From Candidatus Falkowbacteria bacterium HGW-Falkowbacteria-1 (GTDB lineage: Bacteria > Patescibacteriota > Patescibacteriia > Patescibacteriales > UBA12465): DNA of 64,000 nucleotides. This document shows positions 1 through 8,175 of the stretch, piece after piece. Below the pieces are notes generated by a model. The model ran no database searches and was not told where the DNA came from. It saw only the letters and a program-made list of their open reading frames with translations. The stretch spans positions 29,734 to 93,733 of the forward strand of contig PHAI01000001.1 in the NCBI GenBank assembly GCA_002840305.1. The letters run 5' to 3'. Both the position numbers and the translations under genes were made by a program. Numbering within the stretch: the first letter of the stretch is position 1; every line of letters starts with the position of its first letter.

Positions 1-1
1 G

Positions 2-1717
2 GGTATAAGAATATTATCTGAGAATGGAGAAATTCTTTGGCGAAGAGATGTTTTTTCTTTTGATCCTGACTTGGCTTCTCAAACAGTTTTCTTTGATGTG
101 AACAAAACGATAGACGAGGCTTTTTTATTCGGTAGGAGTGGGAATATATTGTCTGATTTTGCCTTTAAAATAAAGTCTTTATTTAAGAAAGAAGCAGTTT
201 ACCTTTCCTTTTATATTGAAGAAAGTAAAATCAAAAATCTTTTAAAAGATAGTTTTTTTGAATTAAATAATACTCCTCAAGATGCCAAAATAGTTAGTAA
301 CCAAGCAGGGCTTTTATATAAAGATCTATCAGAAGTAAATGCGGACGAAAATAGTGATATCATAAACGAAGACAGTGAGATTAAGTTTTCTATAAATTCA
401 GAGGTTTATGGCGAAGAGGTAGATTATGATAAATTTTTTAGTGAATTTAAAAACAATTTGTCTTTATTGAAAAACAACGATATACGCTTGTCTTTTATAG
501 AGAACAAGCCAATGATAAAAAAAGAAGAAATTATTGGCCTTGATTTTTATGCTTATGACCTTTTAAATCTTGCGCCTTTCGATTTGAAATATATAGAAAA
601 TAGCAGTGAAAAAAAATTCACTGTAGATGAAAAGATTTTTTCAACTTGGTTTAAATTAGAAAAACAAGAGTCCGAAGATGGGGGGGCCGAGATTATATTT
701 TCTTTAGATTATGATGAAGTTGTCAAATTTTTTGAGGCTAATGTTATAAAAGATATAAACAAAGAGCCCACAAAACCTCAGTTTGAGTTTAAAGATGATA
801 AAGTGAACTTATTTTTTGCCGGGCAAGATGGTTTAAAATTGAATTATGAGAAAAGTTTTAAAAATATTCTGAATTCTTTTTTAATGAAAAACATGAGCAA
901 TGTTCTGTTAGAAGTTGAGGTTGATGAAATAGAGAAGGTCGACAGTATTAATGAGTTGGGCATAAAAGAACTAATAGGCAGTGGGCACTCGAATTTTGCT
1001 GGCTCCCCTACAAATCGTCGTTATAATATAAAAGTTGGCGCCGAGAAATTGAGTGGGTTGATAATCAAGCCCGGAGAAGAATTTTCTTTGGTGGGCGCAT
1101 TAGGGGCGGTTACTAAAGAAACTGGATATTTACCAGAGCTAGTTATTAAGGGGAATAAAACTGTCCCAGAATATGGAGGTGGTCTTTGTCAGGTTGCGAC
1201 AACTATGTTTAGGACGGCTCTAGCCAGTGGTTTGCCAATCACCGAAAGAAGAAATCATTCTTATCGAGTTTCGTATTATGAACCAGCAGGAACCGATGCT
1301 ACTATTTATAGCCCTCGTCCAGATTTAAAATTCAAAAATGATACTAATAATAATATTTTAATTCAGGCCCGCTTTGAGGGAACAAATGATATGTATTTTG
1401 ATTTTTGGGGGACCTCTGACGGCAGAACCGCTACAACTACCTATCCGGTTATTTATAATATAGTCAGTCCTGGTCCAACTCAAATTATTGAGACAACGGA
1501 GTTGCCGGTTGGAGAGAAAAAATGTACAGAAAGAGCTCACTCTGGTGCCGAAGCTTATTTTGACTACACCGTTGTTTATAATCCTAATTCTGCAGAAGAA
1601 AATAAAGTAGAGACCAGATTCCAATCTAAATATGTTCCATGGCGCGAAGTTTGTTTGGTGGGAGTAGAAAAAATAGAGGAAGAAATTAGTGATGACAATA
1701 TAATTATTGTCGAATAG
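2..1717 (+). CDS. VanW domain protein; 5' end lies outside the window
   Basis: The frame of ORF 71..1717 stays open back to nt 2 (GIRILSENGEILWRRDVFSFDPD...), so the TTG at 71 is probably not the start. The C-terminal third carries the VanW-like signature GGGLCQVATTMFRTALASGLPITERRNHSYRVSYYEPAGTDATIY. Confidence 0.8.
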   Translation, partial: GIRILSENGEILWRRDVFSFDPDLASQTVFFDVNKTIDEAFLFGRSGNILSDFAFKIKSLFKKEAVYLSFYIEESKIKNLLKDSFFELNNTPQDAKIVSNQAGLLYKDLSEVNADENSDIINEDSEIKFSINSEVYGEEVDYDKFFSEFKNNLSLLKNNDIRLSFIENKPMIKKEEIIGLDFYAYDLLNLAPFDLKYIENSSEKKFTVDEKIFSTWFKLEKQESEDGGAEIIFSLDYDEVVKFFEANVIKDINKEPTKPQFEFKDDKVNLFFAGQDGLKLNYEKSFKNILNSFLMKNMSNVLLEVEVDEIEKVDSINELGIKELIGSGHSNFAGSPTNRRYNIKVGAEKLSGLIIKPGEEFSLVGALGAVTKETGYLPELVIKGNKTVPEYGGGLCQVATTMFRTALASGLPITERRNHSYRVSYYEPAGTDATIYSPRPDLKFKNDTNNNILIQARFEGTNDMYFDFWGTSDGRTATTTYPVIYNIVSPGPTQIIETTELPVGEKKCTERAHSGAEAYFDYTVVYNPNSAEENKVETRFQSKYVPWREVCLVGVEKIEEEISDDNIIIVE

Positions 1718-1739
1718 AAAGATATATTTTTTTACAAAC

Positions 1740-1766
1740 AAAAAAGGCCTTTTATGGCCTTTTTTA
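1740..1766. terminator. Bidirectional rho-independent terminator
   Basis: AAAAAGGCC-tttat-GGCCTTTTT forms a 9-bp stem flanked by an A-run and a T-run, just after the VanW stop. Confidence 0.7.
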
Positions 1767-1935
1767 AAAAATCGACTTAAGCGGGTTGGACAAGAAAATC
1801 TCTTCTAGAAACTTTAGAGCCGTAGCCCTAGAAACCCTAAAAGAAAATCCCATGCTTGTCGTGCCCTCCCCGCTTAAATCGGCTTTTACTTCAAAATGTT
1901 TTTCAATTGTTAACTTGGTATTGTATCATATAAAT

Positions 1936-1976
1936 AAAAAAATGTCAATAGGGGGCGCCCACTGACATTTTTTTTG
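1936..1976 (-). terminator. Terminator downstream of tsaD (hairpin usable on both strands)
   Basis: aaaaaaATGTCAaTAGGGGGCGCCCAcTGACATtttttttt is a GC-rich hairpin between A- and T-runs, about 30 nt beyond the tsaD stop. Confidence 0.7.
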
Positions 1977-2001
1977 TTTTTAAGCTTTATTTTAAAGGTT
2001 T

Positions 2002-3063
2002 TTATTTAAATGTTAGACTGGAGTCGACTTTTATTTTTTTATAGTTTTTTAAATTTTTTTTATTTTTTAAAAAGTGATAAACACCAGCTAGTGCTATCAT
2101 CGTAGCATTGTCACCGCTATACTTAAGTGATGGAAAAACAAATTTGATATTTTTCCATTCAATATTATTTAAGCGTTCTTTCCCAATTTTTTCAGAGAAT
2201 TCTCTTTTTAGTTCATTATTGGCTGACACTCCGCCCACTAACATAATTGTTTTAATTTTGTATTTTTTTGTGGCTTTTATAGTTTTTGTTATTAGGACGT
2301 CGATTACTGCTTTTTGAAATGAATAACAATATAATGGAATATTTTTTTTCCATTGTTTATCTTTTTTTAATTGGTATAGTAGGGCAGTTTTAAGACCAGA
2401 AAATGAAAAATTAAAATTTGGAGAATAAATCATTGGTCGAGGGAGATTTGTTTCTTTCAAATTTTTATTTTTTTCTATATATTTTTGTGCCATTTTTGAA
2501 ACTATAGGTCCACCAGGGTAGCCTAAATTCATCATTTTGGCTGCCTTATCAAAAGCTTCTCCAGCCGCGTCGTCTAGAGTTTGTCCGATAATTTTGTATT
2601 TTAGATGGTTTTCCATTAAAGCTAAAATATTATGTCCGCCAGAAACAGTCAAAATTAGAGCTGGAAATTTTATATTTTTTTGGTTTTCGATGAAAGCAGA
2701 ATAAACATGACCCTCAATATGATTAATTGGAATTATGGGAACATTCCAAACGCAGGCCAACGACTTTGCTGTTTCACTGGCAGAAATTAGGGAGGTTATA
2801 AGTCCCGGCCCGGAAGTTACGGCAATGGCCGATATTTTTTTTGGGTCTATCTTTGCTTCTTCCAAGCTTTGGTCAATTACTGGTAGAATGTTTATGACAT
2901 GTTCTCTAGCTGCCAATTCAGGCACAACCCCACCATATTTTTTGTGAATATCAATTTGTGAGGAAACTATATTAGACAGAAGTTGAAAATCTCCGTTTTT
3001 ATTAAATTTTATAATAGCAGCTGCGCTTTCGTCACAACTGCTCTCTATTCCTAGTATATACAT
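2002..3063 (-). CDS. tsaD: tRNA N6-adenosine threonylcarbamoyltransferase (Kae1/TsaD family)
   Basis: N-terminus MYILGIESSCDESAAAI, metal-site region INHIEGHVYSAF, and C-terminal VGGVSANNELK. Full-length 353 aa. Confidence 0.9.
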   Translation of the reverse strand: MYILGIESSCDESAAAIIKFNKNGDFQLLSNIVSSQIDIHKKYGGVVPELAAREHVINILPVIDQSLEEAKIDPKKISAIAVTSGPGLITSLISASETAKSLACVWNVPIIPINHIEGHVYSAFIENQKNIKFPALILTVSGGHNILALMENHLKYKIIGQTLDDAAGEAFDKAAKMMNLGYPGGPIVSKMAQKYIEKNKNLKETNLPRPMIYSPNFNFSFSGLKTALLYQLKKDKQWKKNIPLYCYSFQKAVIDVLITKTIKATKKYKIKTIMLVGGVSANNELKREFSEKIGKERLNNIEWKNIKFVFPSLKYSGDNATMIALAGVYHFLKNKKNLKNYKKIKVDSSLTFK

Positions 3064-3113
3064 ATATTTATAAATACAGTTTAATTGATATTTATATTAA
3101 AAACAAGATTATA

Positions 3114-3140
3114 TTGACAACTAAAAAAAATAAATATAAT
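3114..3140 (+). promoter_or_regulatory. Sigma70-like promoter upstream of tRNA-Glu
   Basis: TTGACA (3114-3119) and TATAAT (3135-3140). The spacer is only 15 nt, so this is tentative. Confidence 0.4.
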
Positions 3141-3192
3141 ATATAAATACTTTGGCAATAACAGGGATTTTTTTATTTTGCTCAAAAGAAAA

Positions 3193-3233
3193 ATAGATCT
3201 CTCCACTCACTTCGCTCGGTCGAGATGACAAAG
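3193..3233 (+). repeat. REP-like dispersed element, copy A (short form)
   Basis: tAGATCTCTCCactcacttcgctcGGTCGAGATGACAAAG. The same termini recur at 38737-38927, 48802-48850, 59995-60030 (reverse) and 60942-61032. Confidence 0.8.
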
Positions 3234-3260
3234 TATCCTAATAATCTCAAGAATCCCATC
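3234..3260 (+). repeat. 9-nt phased motif array (3 units) abutting tRNA-Glu
   Basis: tatcctaat|aatctcaag|aatcccatc, then 2 nt, then the tRNA 5' end. Confidence 0.7.
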
Positions 3261-3262
3261 TA

Positions 3263-3337
3263 ATGGCCCCTTCGTCTAACGGTTAGGACACCAGGTTTTC
3301 AACCTGATAACACGGGTTCGACTCCCGTAGGGGTCAC
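3263..3337 (+). tRNA. tRNA-Glu (anticodon UUC)
   Basis: Acceptor tggcccc/ggggtca with a G-U pair; anticodon stem ccagg/cctga with loop tt-TTC-aa; T-arm gggttcgactccc. Confidence 0.9.
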
Positions 3338-3343
3338 AGAAAC

Positions 3344-3377
3344 AAAAAAATCAGCTTGTATATAGCTGGTTTTTTTG
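3344..3377 (+). terminator. Terminator after tRNA-Glu
   Basis: aaaaaaatCAGCTtgtatatAGCTGgttttttt. Confidence 0.65.
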
Positions 3378-3406
3378 TAAAAAAAGAGCCCCATCCTTGG
3401 TGGGGC
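3378..3406 (-). terminator. Minus-strand terminator after small ORF 3418..3513
   Basis: GCCCCA-tccttgg-TGGGGC hairpin. On the minus strand it is followed by CTCTTTTTTT. Confidence 0.6.
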
Positions 3407-3417
3407 ATTAGAGCACT

Positions 3418-3513
3418 TCAATTTCTTTTTGCACTGTTTTTCGGGCGTCCGAGCATTTTTTCGGTTGCGTTGCTTGGTCGACCACGTGGTTGATAAGACA
3501 TAACATTTCTCAT
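3418..3513 (-). CDS. Small basic hypothetical protein (31 aa); not in the ORF track
   Basis: Hand translation gives MRNVMSYQPRGRPSNATEKMLGRPKNSAKRN*. It has locally elevated GC, a weak aaaggg SD-like run 8 nt upstream, and its own terminator 12 nt after the stop. It lies downstream of ychF on the same strand. Confidence 0.35.
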   Translation of the reverse strand: MRNVMSYQPRGRPSNATEKMLGRPKNSAKRN

Positions 3514-3671
3514 AAGAATACCCTTTCTTTTTAAGTTAAAAATGTTACTTCTAGGAATTGCCTAGACCTAGAAGAGGCCTTGTTAATGGACTATGTTCTT
3601 ATTATAAATAATTTTAAAAATAAAGCAATAGTTTAAACAAGGAATTAGTTTTGTGGATTTTTTATTTGGCT

Positions 3672-4733
3672 TTACTTATTAATTAAAAAATTACAAATAT
3701 CTCCGTCGGAAACAACATAGTCCTTGCCTTCGGTTTTTACCCAGCCCATTTCCTTCGCTTTGGTTTCGCTGCCAGCTTCAATAAATTTTTCCCAATTCAT
3801 AACTTCAGCCCTGATGAATCCTTTTTCAAAATCAGTATGTATCTCTCTGGCTGCTTGAGGGGCGCGACTGCCTTTTTTTATGGTCCAAGCTCTAGTTTCA
3901 TCTTTTCCGGTAGTAAAGAAAGTTTCTAGGCCTAGTAATTTATAAGAAGTTGCGATTAATTTATCAAGTCCACTTTTGTTTATTCCTAGTTCTTTCATGT
4001 ATTCCGCTTGTTCTTCTTCTGGCAAAGCAGCAATTTCTTCTTCCATTTTAACGTTTATTCTAATTATTTCACCATCCCAATTAAAAGCAGATTCTTTTTC
4101 TGTGTCGTCGGAATTAATGGCGTAGATAATTGGTTTTATGGTTAATAAATTTAAACTTTTAACAAAAAGTTCTTCGTCTTCTTTAATTTCCATTTCTCTA
4201 AGCGCTTTACCGTCGCTTAACAGATTCTTTATTTTTTCTAAAATTTCTTTTTGTTTTATAATCTCTTTGTCGTTGCTTTTGGCTTCTCTTACAACTTTTT
4301 CTAGCCTTTTTTCGACAGTTTTTAAATCGGCAAAAATTAATTCCATATTGATAGTTTCTTGATCGTCTACAGGGTCTATTTGTCCGTTAACATGAATAAC
4401 GTTTGGATCTTTAAAGTCGCGGACAACTTCACAAATTGCATCACATTCTCTGATGTGTGATAAAAATTGATTTCCTAATCCTTCTCCTTCGTGGGCACCT
4501 TTGACTAACCCAGCTATATCAGTGAATTCAATGAATGCCGGAATGATTTTTGCTGGTTTAGATATTTCGGCTATTTTATTTAACCTTTCATCCGGAACCT
4601 TAACTACTCCGACGTTAGGGTCTATGGTACAAAAAGGGTAGTTAGAAGCTTCTACTTGTTTTTTGGTTAAAATGTTGAATAATGTTGATTTTCCGACGTT
4701 TGGTAAACCAACAATTCCTATTGATAACGGCAT
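3672..4733 (-). CDS. ychF: Ribosome-binding ATPase YchF (Obg-like)
   Basis: [20 protein letters not shown] Walker A; coiled-coil insert; C-terminal TGS-like FIRAEV...[10 protein letters not shown]. Confidence 0.9.
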   Translation of the reverse strand: MPLSIGIVGLPNVGKSTLFNILTKKQVEASNYPFCTIDPNVGVVKVPDERLNKIAEISKPAKIIPAFIEFTDIAGLVKGAHEGEGLGNQFLSHIRECDAICEVVRDFKDPNVIHVNGQIDPVDDQETINMELIFADLKTVEKRLEKVVREAKSNDKEIIKQKEILEKIKNLLSDGKALREMEIKEDEELFVKSLNLLTIKPIIYAINSDDTEKESAFNWDGEIIRINVKMEEEIAALPEEEQAEYMKELGINKSGLDKLIATSYKLLGLETFFTTGKDETRAWTIKKGSRAPQAAREIHTDFEKGFIRAEVMNWEKFIEAGSETKAKEMGWVKTEGKDYVVSDGDICNFLINK

Positions 4734-4952
4734 ATATTTTTATTAAAAATTTTAGCATTGCTCACGCTTAGCTTAATTTATTTTGTGAGTGGATAATAAA
4801 TATTTAGAATTTTTAGAGCGCTTAAAGGTCTTGTTTTATCTTATATTATTTATTTAAAAATGACAATCAACGTTTGTTAAATCAATTTTTTTTGGTATAA
4901 TAATAAAAGTAACATAAAAACATAAATTTTTTATAAGTATTTTTTTAAATCT

Positions 4953-6464
4953 ATGTTTAGATCAAAAAAAGCTTTTACGCTCATAGAACTTCTAGTAGTA
5001 ATAGCCATTATTGGCATACTCGCTACTCTAGCAGTTGTAGCTCTTCAACAAGCCAGACAAAGCGCTAGAGACTCCAAGAGAATAGCGGACATGAAACAAG
5101 TCTCTACTGCTCTAGAGTTGTTTTATAATGAAAATGGTAGATATCCTACTACGGAAGAATGGGATAGTGGTTCTATAGTATCTTCTTCTACGGGAGAAGT
5201 GTTCATGTATAACGTCCCTGCCGCCCCCACCCCTGCCGACGGAGATTGTTCTTCTGCTTCTAACACTTATACCTACACACCTCAAAATGGCGGAGCCAGT
5301 TATACTATAAACTTCTGCACAGGTAGACAAGTATCAGACATGCCAGAAGGAGTAAAGAGCGTAACGCCAGGAGGAATAATTGTAAACAGCATTGAAGAAG
5401 AGGAAGAGGTGGTGATAAACTGCTTAGAAGATTTAGACAGCTGTTCTTGGCAGGTAGTCGGTTCTTCTGGGATTTCTGATGCTGCCGGATATTTTTCTTC
5501 TTTATTTGTAAGTAATGGAACTCCTTATGTCGCTTATAGGGATGTATCAGTATCAAACAAGGCTACAGTTAAAAAGTTTAATGGCTCGTCTTGGGAAAAC
5601 GTTGGTTCGGCTGGTTTTTCGGCTGGCCAGGCTGATTATATTTCTTTGTTTATGTATAACGGGACTCCTTATATTGTTTATAAAGATTTTGTAAATTTAT
5701 CAAAGGCTACGGTTATGCGATACAATGGTTCTTCTTGGGAAAACGTTGGTTCGGCTGGTTTTTCGGCGGGGGAGATATTCCAAAGCTCATTGTTTATTTA
5801 TGAGGGGACGCCTTATGTTGCTTATAGAGATATGTCAGTGAATAGAGCTACTGTTATGAAGTTCAACGGTTCTTCTTGGGAAAATGTTGGTCCGGCTGGT
5901 TTTTCAAGTAGTGTAGCGGTTTATACTTCTTTGTTTATTTATAATGGAATACCCTACGTTGGTTACGGTGATTATACTTGCAATCCCGATGCGGCTACCG
6001 TTATGAAATTCAATGGTTCGTCTTGGGAAAATGTTGGAGCTAGCTGTCTTTCTTCGGCTGGCGCTGCTAAGTTTACATCGATGTTTGTTTACGAGGGAGT
6101 GCCCTACATAGCTTATAGAGATGATGGTGCGCCGTACCAGGCGGTTGTTAAAAAATTTAATGGGTCGTCATGGGAGTCCCTTGGTGTCGTGGGATCCCAA
6201 AATAGTAGCGGCAATTATCATCTTTCTTTTTATATTTATGACAACATTCCTTACGTGGCTTATTCGGATAGCACAAATTCAAATAAATTAACAGTAAAAA
6301 GATTTAATGGTTTGTCGTGGGACGTAGTTGGTGTCGCCGGTGTTTCAAACGGTACAGCCGAATATATTTCTATGTCTATTTATAACAATATAATATACGT
6401 TGGTTATGGAGACGTTTCGGATTCGAACAAAGTTACGGTTGTAAAATTTGCTCCAAACCTTTGA
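4953..6464 (+). CDS. Prepilin-type (type IV pilin-like) protein fused to a 7-blade propeller-like repeat domain
   Basis: Leader MFRSKKA followed by [24 protein letters not shown]; a pilin head with a Cys pair (DGDC...FC) ending in TPGGII; an acidic linker; then seven ~48-aa repeats (xTVxKFNGSSWENVG...SLFxYNGxPYVAYxD). Confidence 0.85.
   Translation: MFRSKKAFTLIELLVVIAIIGILATLAVVALQQARQSARDSKRIADMKQVSTALELFYNENGRYPTTEEWDSGSIVSSSTGEVFMYNVPAAPTPADGDCSSASNTYTYTPQNGGASYTINFCTGRQVSDMPEGVKSVTPGGIIVNSIEEEEEVVINCLEDLDSCSWQVVGSSGISDAAGYFSSLFVSNGTPYVAYRDVSVSNKATVKKFNGSSWENVGSAGFSAGQADYISLFMYNGTPYIVYKDFVNLSKATVMRYNGSSWENVGSAGFSAGEIFQSSLFIYEGTPYVAYRDMSVNRATVMKFNGSSWENVGPAGFSSSVAVYTSLFIYNGIPYVGYGDYTCNPDAATVMKFNGSSWENVGASCLSSAGAAKFTSMFVYEGVPYIAYRDDGAPYQAVVKKFNGSSWESLGVVGSQNSSGNYHLSFYIYDNIPYVAYSDSTNSNKLTVKRFNGLSWDVVGVAGVSNGTAEYISMSIYNNIIYVGYGDVSDSNKVTVVKFAPNL
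5445..6461 (+). repeat. Seven tandem ~144-nt coding repeats (blade-like)
   Basis: Period is 144 nt (for example gct at 5562 versus 5706). The string tcttgggaaaacgttggttcggctggtttttcggc occurs twice verbatim. Confidence 0.85.
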
Positions 6465-6524
6465 TATTATTAATAATAGATTTTCTTAAAAGGCTTTTTG
6501 TTTTAAAAGTCTTTTTTATTTAGA

Positions 6525-6553
6525 TTGACAAAACAATTTAAATATGCTATAAT
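6525..6553 (+). promoter_or_regulatory. Near-consensus sigma70 promoter with extended -10
   Basis: TTGACA (6525-6530), 17-nt spacer ending in TGC, TATAAT (6548-6553). A strong SD GGGAGG lies 9 nt before the ATG at 6633. Confidence 0.7.
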
Positions 6554-6632
6554 ATGATCACACAATTGATAGTATATTAACAAGCCAAAGTCTAAACAAA
6601 TAGACAGGGCATAAAATTGGGAGGACAAAGTA

Positions 6633-7370
6633 ATGAAAAAAAACAAGTCTGGTTTATGGAATGCAAGTTTTGGACAAGTTGTTGCAACTCTAAAGGCATT
6701 AGAAGATCAGGGGCTATCTTTAGAAGAAATGGCACTTTTGCGTTCTGACAAAGTCTTGGTTAAGGAGGTCGTTAATCTTATCAAAACAAAACTACAGATT
6801 GACAGCGTTGATGCTATCTTTCTCGCTGTTTGGCAAAAAATTTACCGCGAATGGTTTGACGTGGATGTTGATATTTCCGGTTTACAAGTTCCCGAAAACT
6901 ACAATCCCGAAAAGCATTTTTTGGTATTAGTTGCCAAAGGAATTACTATGAACACGGTTATAGCTGCTATGCGAAAAAGATTTAATGTGCATTTATACAC
7001 AGAAAATCTTGATGTCAGTGTTACAAAAAACGACCGCACATTAGAAAATGGGACTTATATTGTTCTTTTTAATCGCAATATTGAGGTAGACGAAGAATTC
7101 AAGAACATGTCAGCCGATGATTTAGCAAAAAAGGGGCACAAAGGCATTACATTGTTCGAGCGCCTATTGTTAGAGGTTTTATATTACAACGAAACCAAAG
7201 AACATTTAGATGTCGAGAGCTTGACTCTGTGTTCCGGTTCGCGTCATTTTGACGATCGTCATGTTCCCCGCGTCGGTTGGGGCTTTGGCTACGAGGGACT
7301 CAGGGTTTATGGGTACGATCCTGGCCATTCCCGCAACTGTTTGCGTCCCCGTTCTGTAGTTTCTTTGTAA
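6633..7370 (+). CDS. Hypothetical protein (245 aa); no family recognised
   Basis: Long ORF with a strong promoter, SD and its own terminator. It is visibly GC-richer than its neighbours, especially at the 3' end. Confidence 0.6.
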   Translation: MKKNKSGLWNASFGQVVATLKALEDQGLSLEEMALLRSDKVLVKEVVNLIKTKLQIDSVDAIFLAVWQKIYREWFDVDVDISGLQVPENYNPEKHFLVLVAKGITMNTVIAAMRKRFNVHLYTENLDVSVTKNDRTLENGTYIVLFNRNIEVDEEFKNMSADDLAKKGHKGITLFERLLLEVLYYNETKEHLDVESLTLCSGSRHFDDRHVPRVGWGFGYEGLRVYGYDPGHSRNCLRPRSVVSL

Positions 7371-7398
7371 TCCTTAAAACTTTTTACCTTATATACTT

Positions 7399-7429
7399 AA
7401 GCTTAGTTCTTTAAACTAAGCTTTTTTTA
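7399..7429 (+). terminator. Rho-independent terminator
   Basis: AAGCTTAGTT-cttta-AACTAAGCTT (10-bp stem) followed by TTTTTT. Confidence 0.8.
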
Positions 7430-7436
7430 TTGCCCC

Positions 7437-7466
7437 TTGACACCCCCAGGGGGTATGTGCTAAGAT
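7437..7466 (+). promoter_or_regulatory. Promoter with embedded CsoR-family-type operator
   Basis: TTGACA (7437-7442), then the G/C-tract palindrome ACCCCC-A-GGGGGT (7442-7454), then the -10-like TAAGAT (7461-7466) 6 nt before the ATG at 7473. Confidence 0.6.
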
Positions 7467-7472
7467 ATAAAT

Positions 7473-7715
7473 ATGAGAAATACAGAACAAAGAATAAACA
7501 TAATAATAGGTCAACTGGAGGGTATAAAAAGAATGCTTAATCAAAAAAATAAAACTTGTTTTGATTCAGTTGTCCAGCTAAAGGCGGTCAAGTCAAGCGT
7601 TTCTTCTTTAATGGATAAGATCCTTGAAGAGGAGTTTGACGTTTGCTTCGATAAGCAATGTCCTGCTAGCAAAGATAATTTAAAAAAAATTGTTTCTGAA
7701 TTTTTAAAAAAATAA
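7473..7715 (+). CDS. CsoR/RcnR/FrmR-family (DUF156) transcriptional repressor, Cys-x-Cys type
   Basis: 80 aa. RINIIIGQLEGIKRMLNQ...C29...E54...C58 matches the family helix pattern, with Glu where CsoR has His. Confidence 0.8.
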   Translation: MRNTEQRINIIIGQLEGIKRMLNQKNKTCFDSVVQLKAVKSSVSSLMDKILEEEFDVCFDKQCPASKDNLKKIVSEFLKK

Positions 7716-7785
7716 AAATTAAATAAAAATTAAATAAAACTTTAAAAAAATTATTATAAAATATTTTTTTAAAGTTAATAAAATT

Positions 7786-8118
7786 ATGAGTAAAGCACAA
7801 GATGTAAGCAAAAATGATTTTGTTAAAGAAGTTTTAGAATCTGAATTGCCAGTTTTAGTAGATTTTTGGGCTCCATGGTGTATGCCTTGTAAAATGATGG
7901 CTCCAATTTTGGATGAGTTAAGTGCGGACATGAATGGCAAAGTTAAAATAGTAAAAGTAAACACCGAGGATTCAGCTAATCAAGAATTAGCTGCCGAGTA
8001 CCAAATTCAAAGTATCCCTAACATGAAACTTTTTAAGGGTGGTAAAGTAGTAGCTGATTTTATTGGTATGCGATCTAAGGATACCTTGAAAAAAGATATT
8101 GAAGCTCATTTGAGTTAA
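7786..8118 (+). CDS. trxA: Thioredoxin
   Basis: 110 aa. LVDFWAPWCMPCKMMAP; the active site is CMPC rather than the canonical CGPC. Confidence 0.9.
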   Translation: MSKAQDVSKNDFVKEVLESELPVLVDFWAPWCMPCKMMAPILDELSADMNGKVKIVKVNTEDSANQELAAEYQIQSIPNMKLFKGGKVVADFIGMRSKDTLKKDIEAHLS

Positions 8119-8170
8119 TTCTAATAATCTCAAGAATCTTGACGATTATAAAAATCCCAAGAATCTTATA
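8117..8170 (+). repeat. 9-nt phased motif array (6 units) ending 5 nt before the gdh start
   Basis: aattctaat|aatctcaag|aatcttgac|gattataaa|aatcccaag|aatcttata. Confidence 0.75.
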
Positions 8171-8175
8171 AAAAT

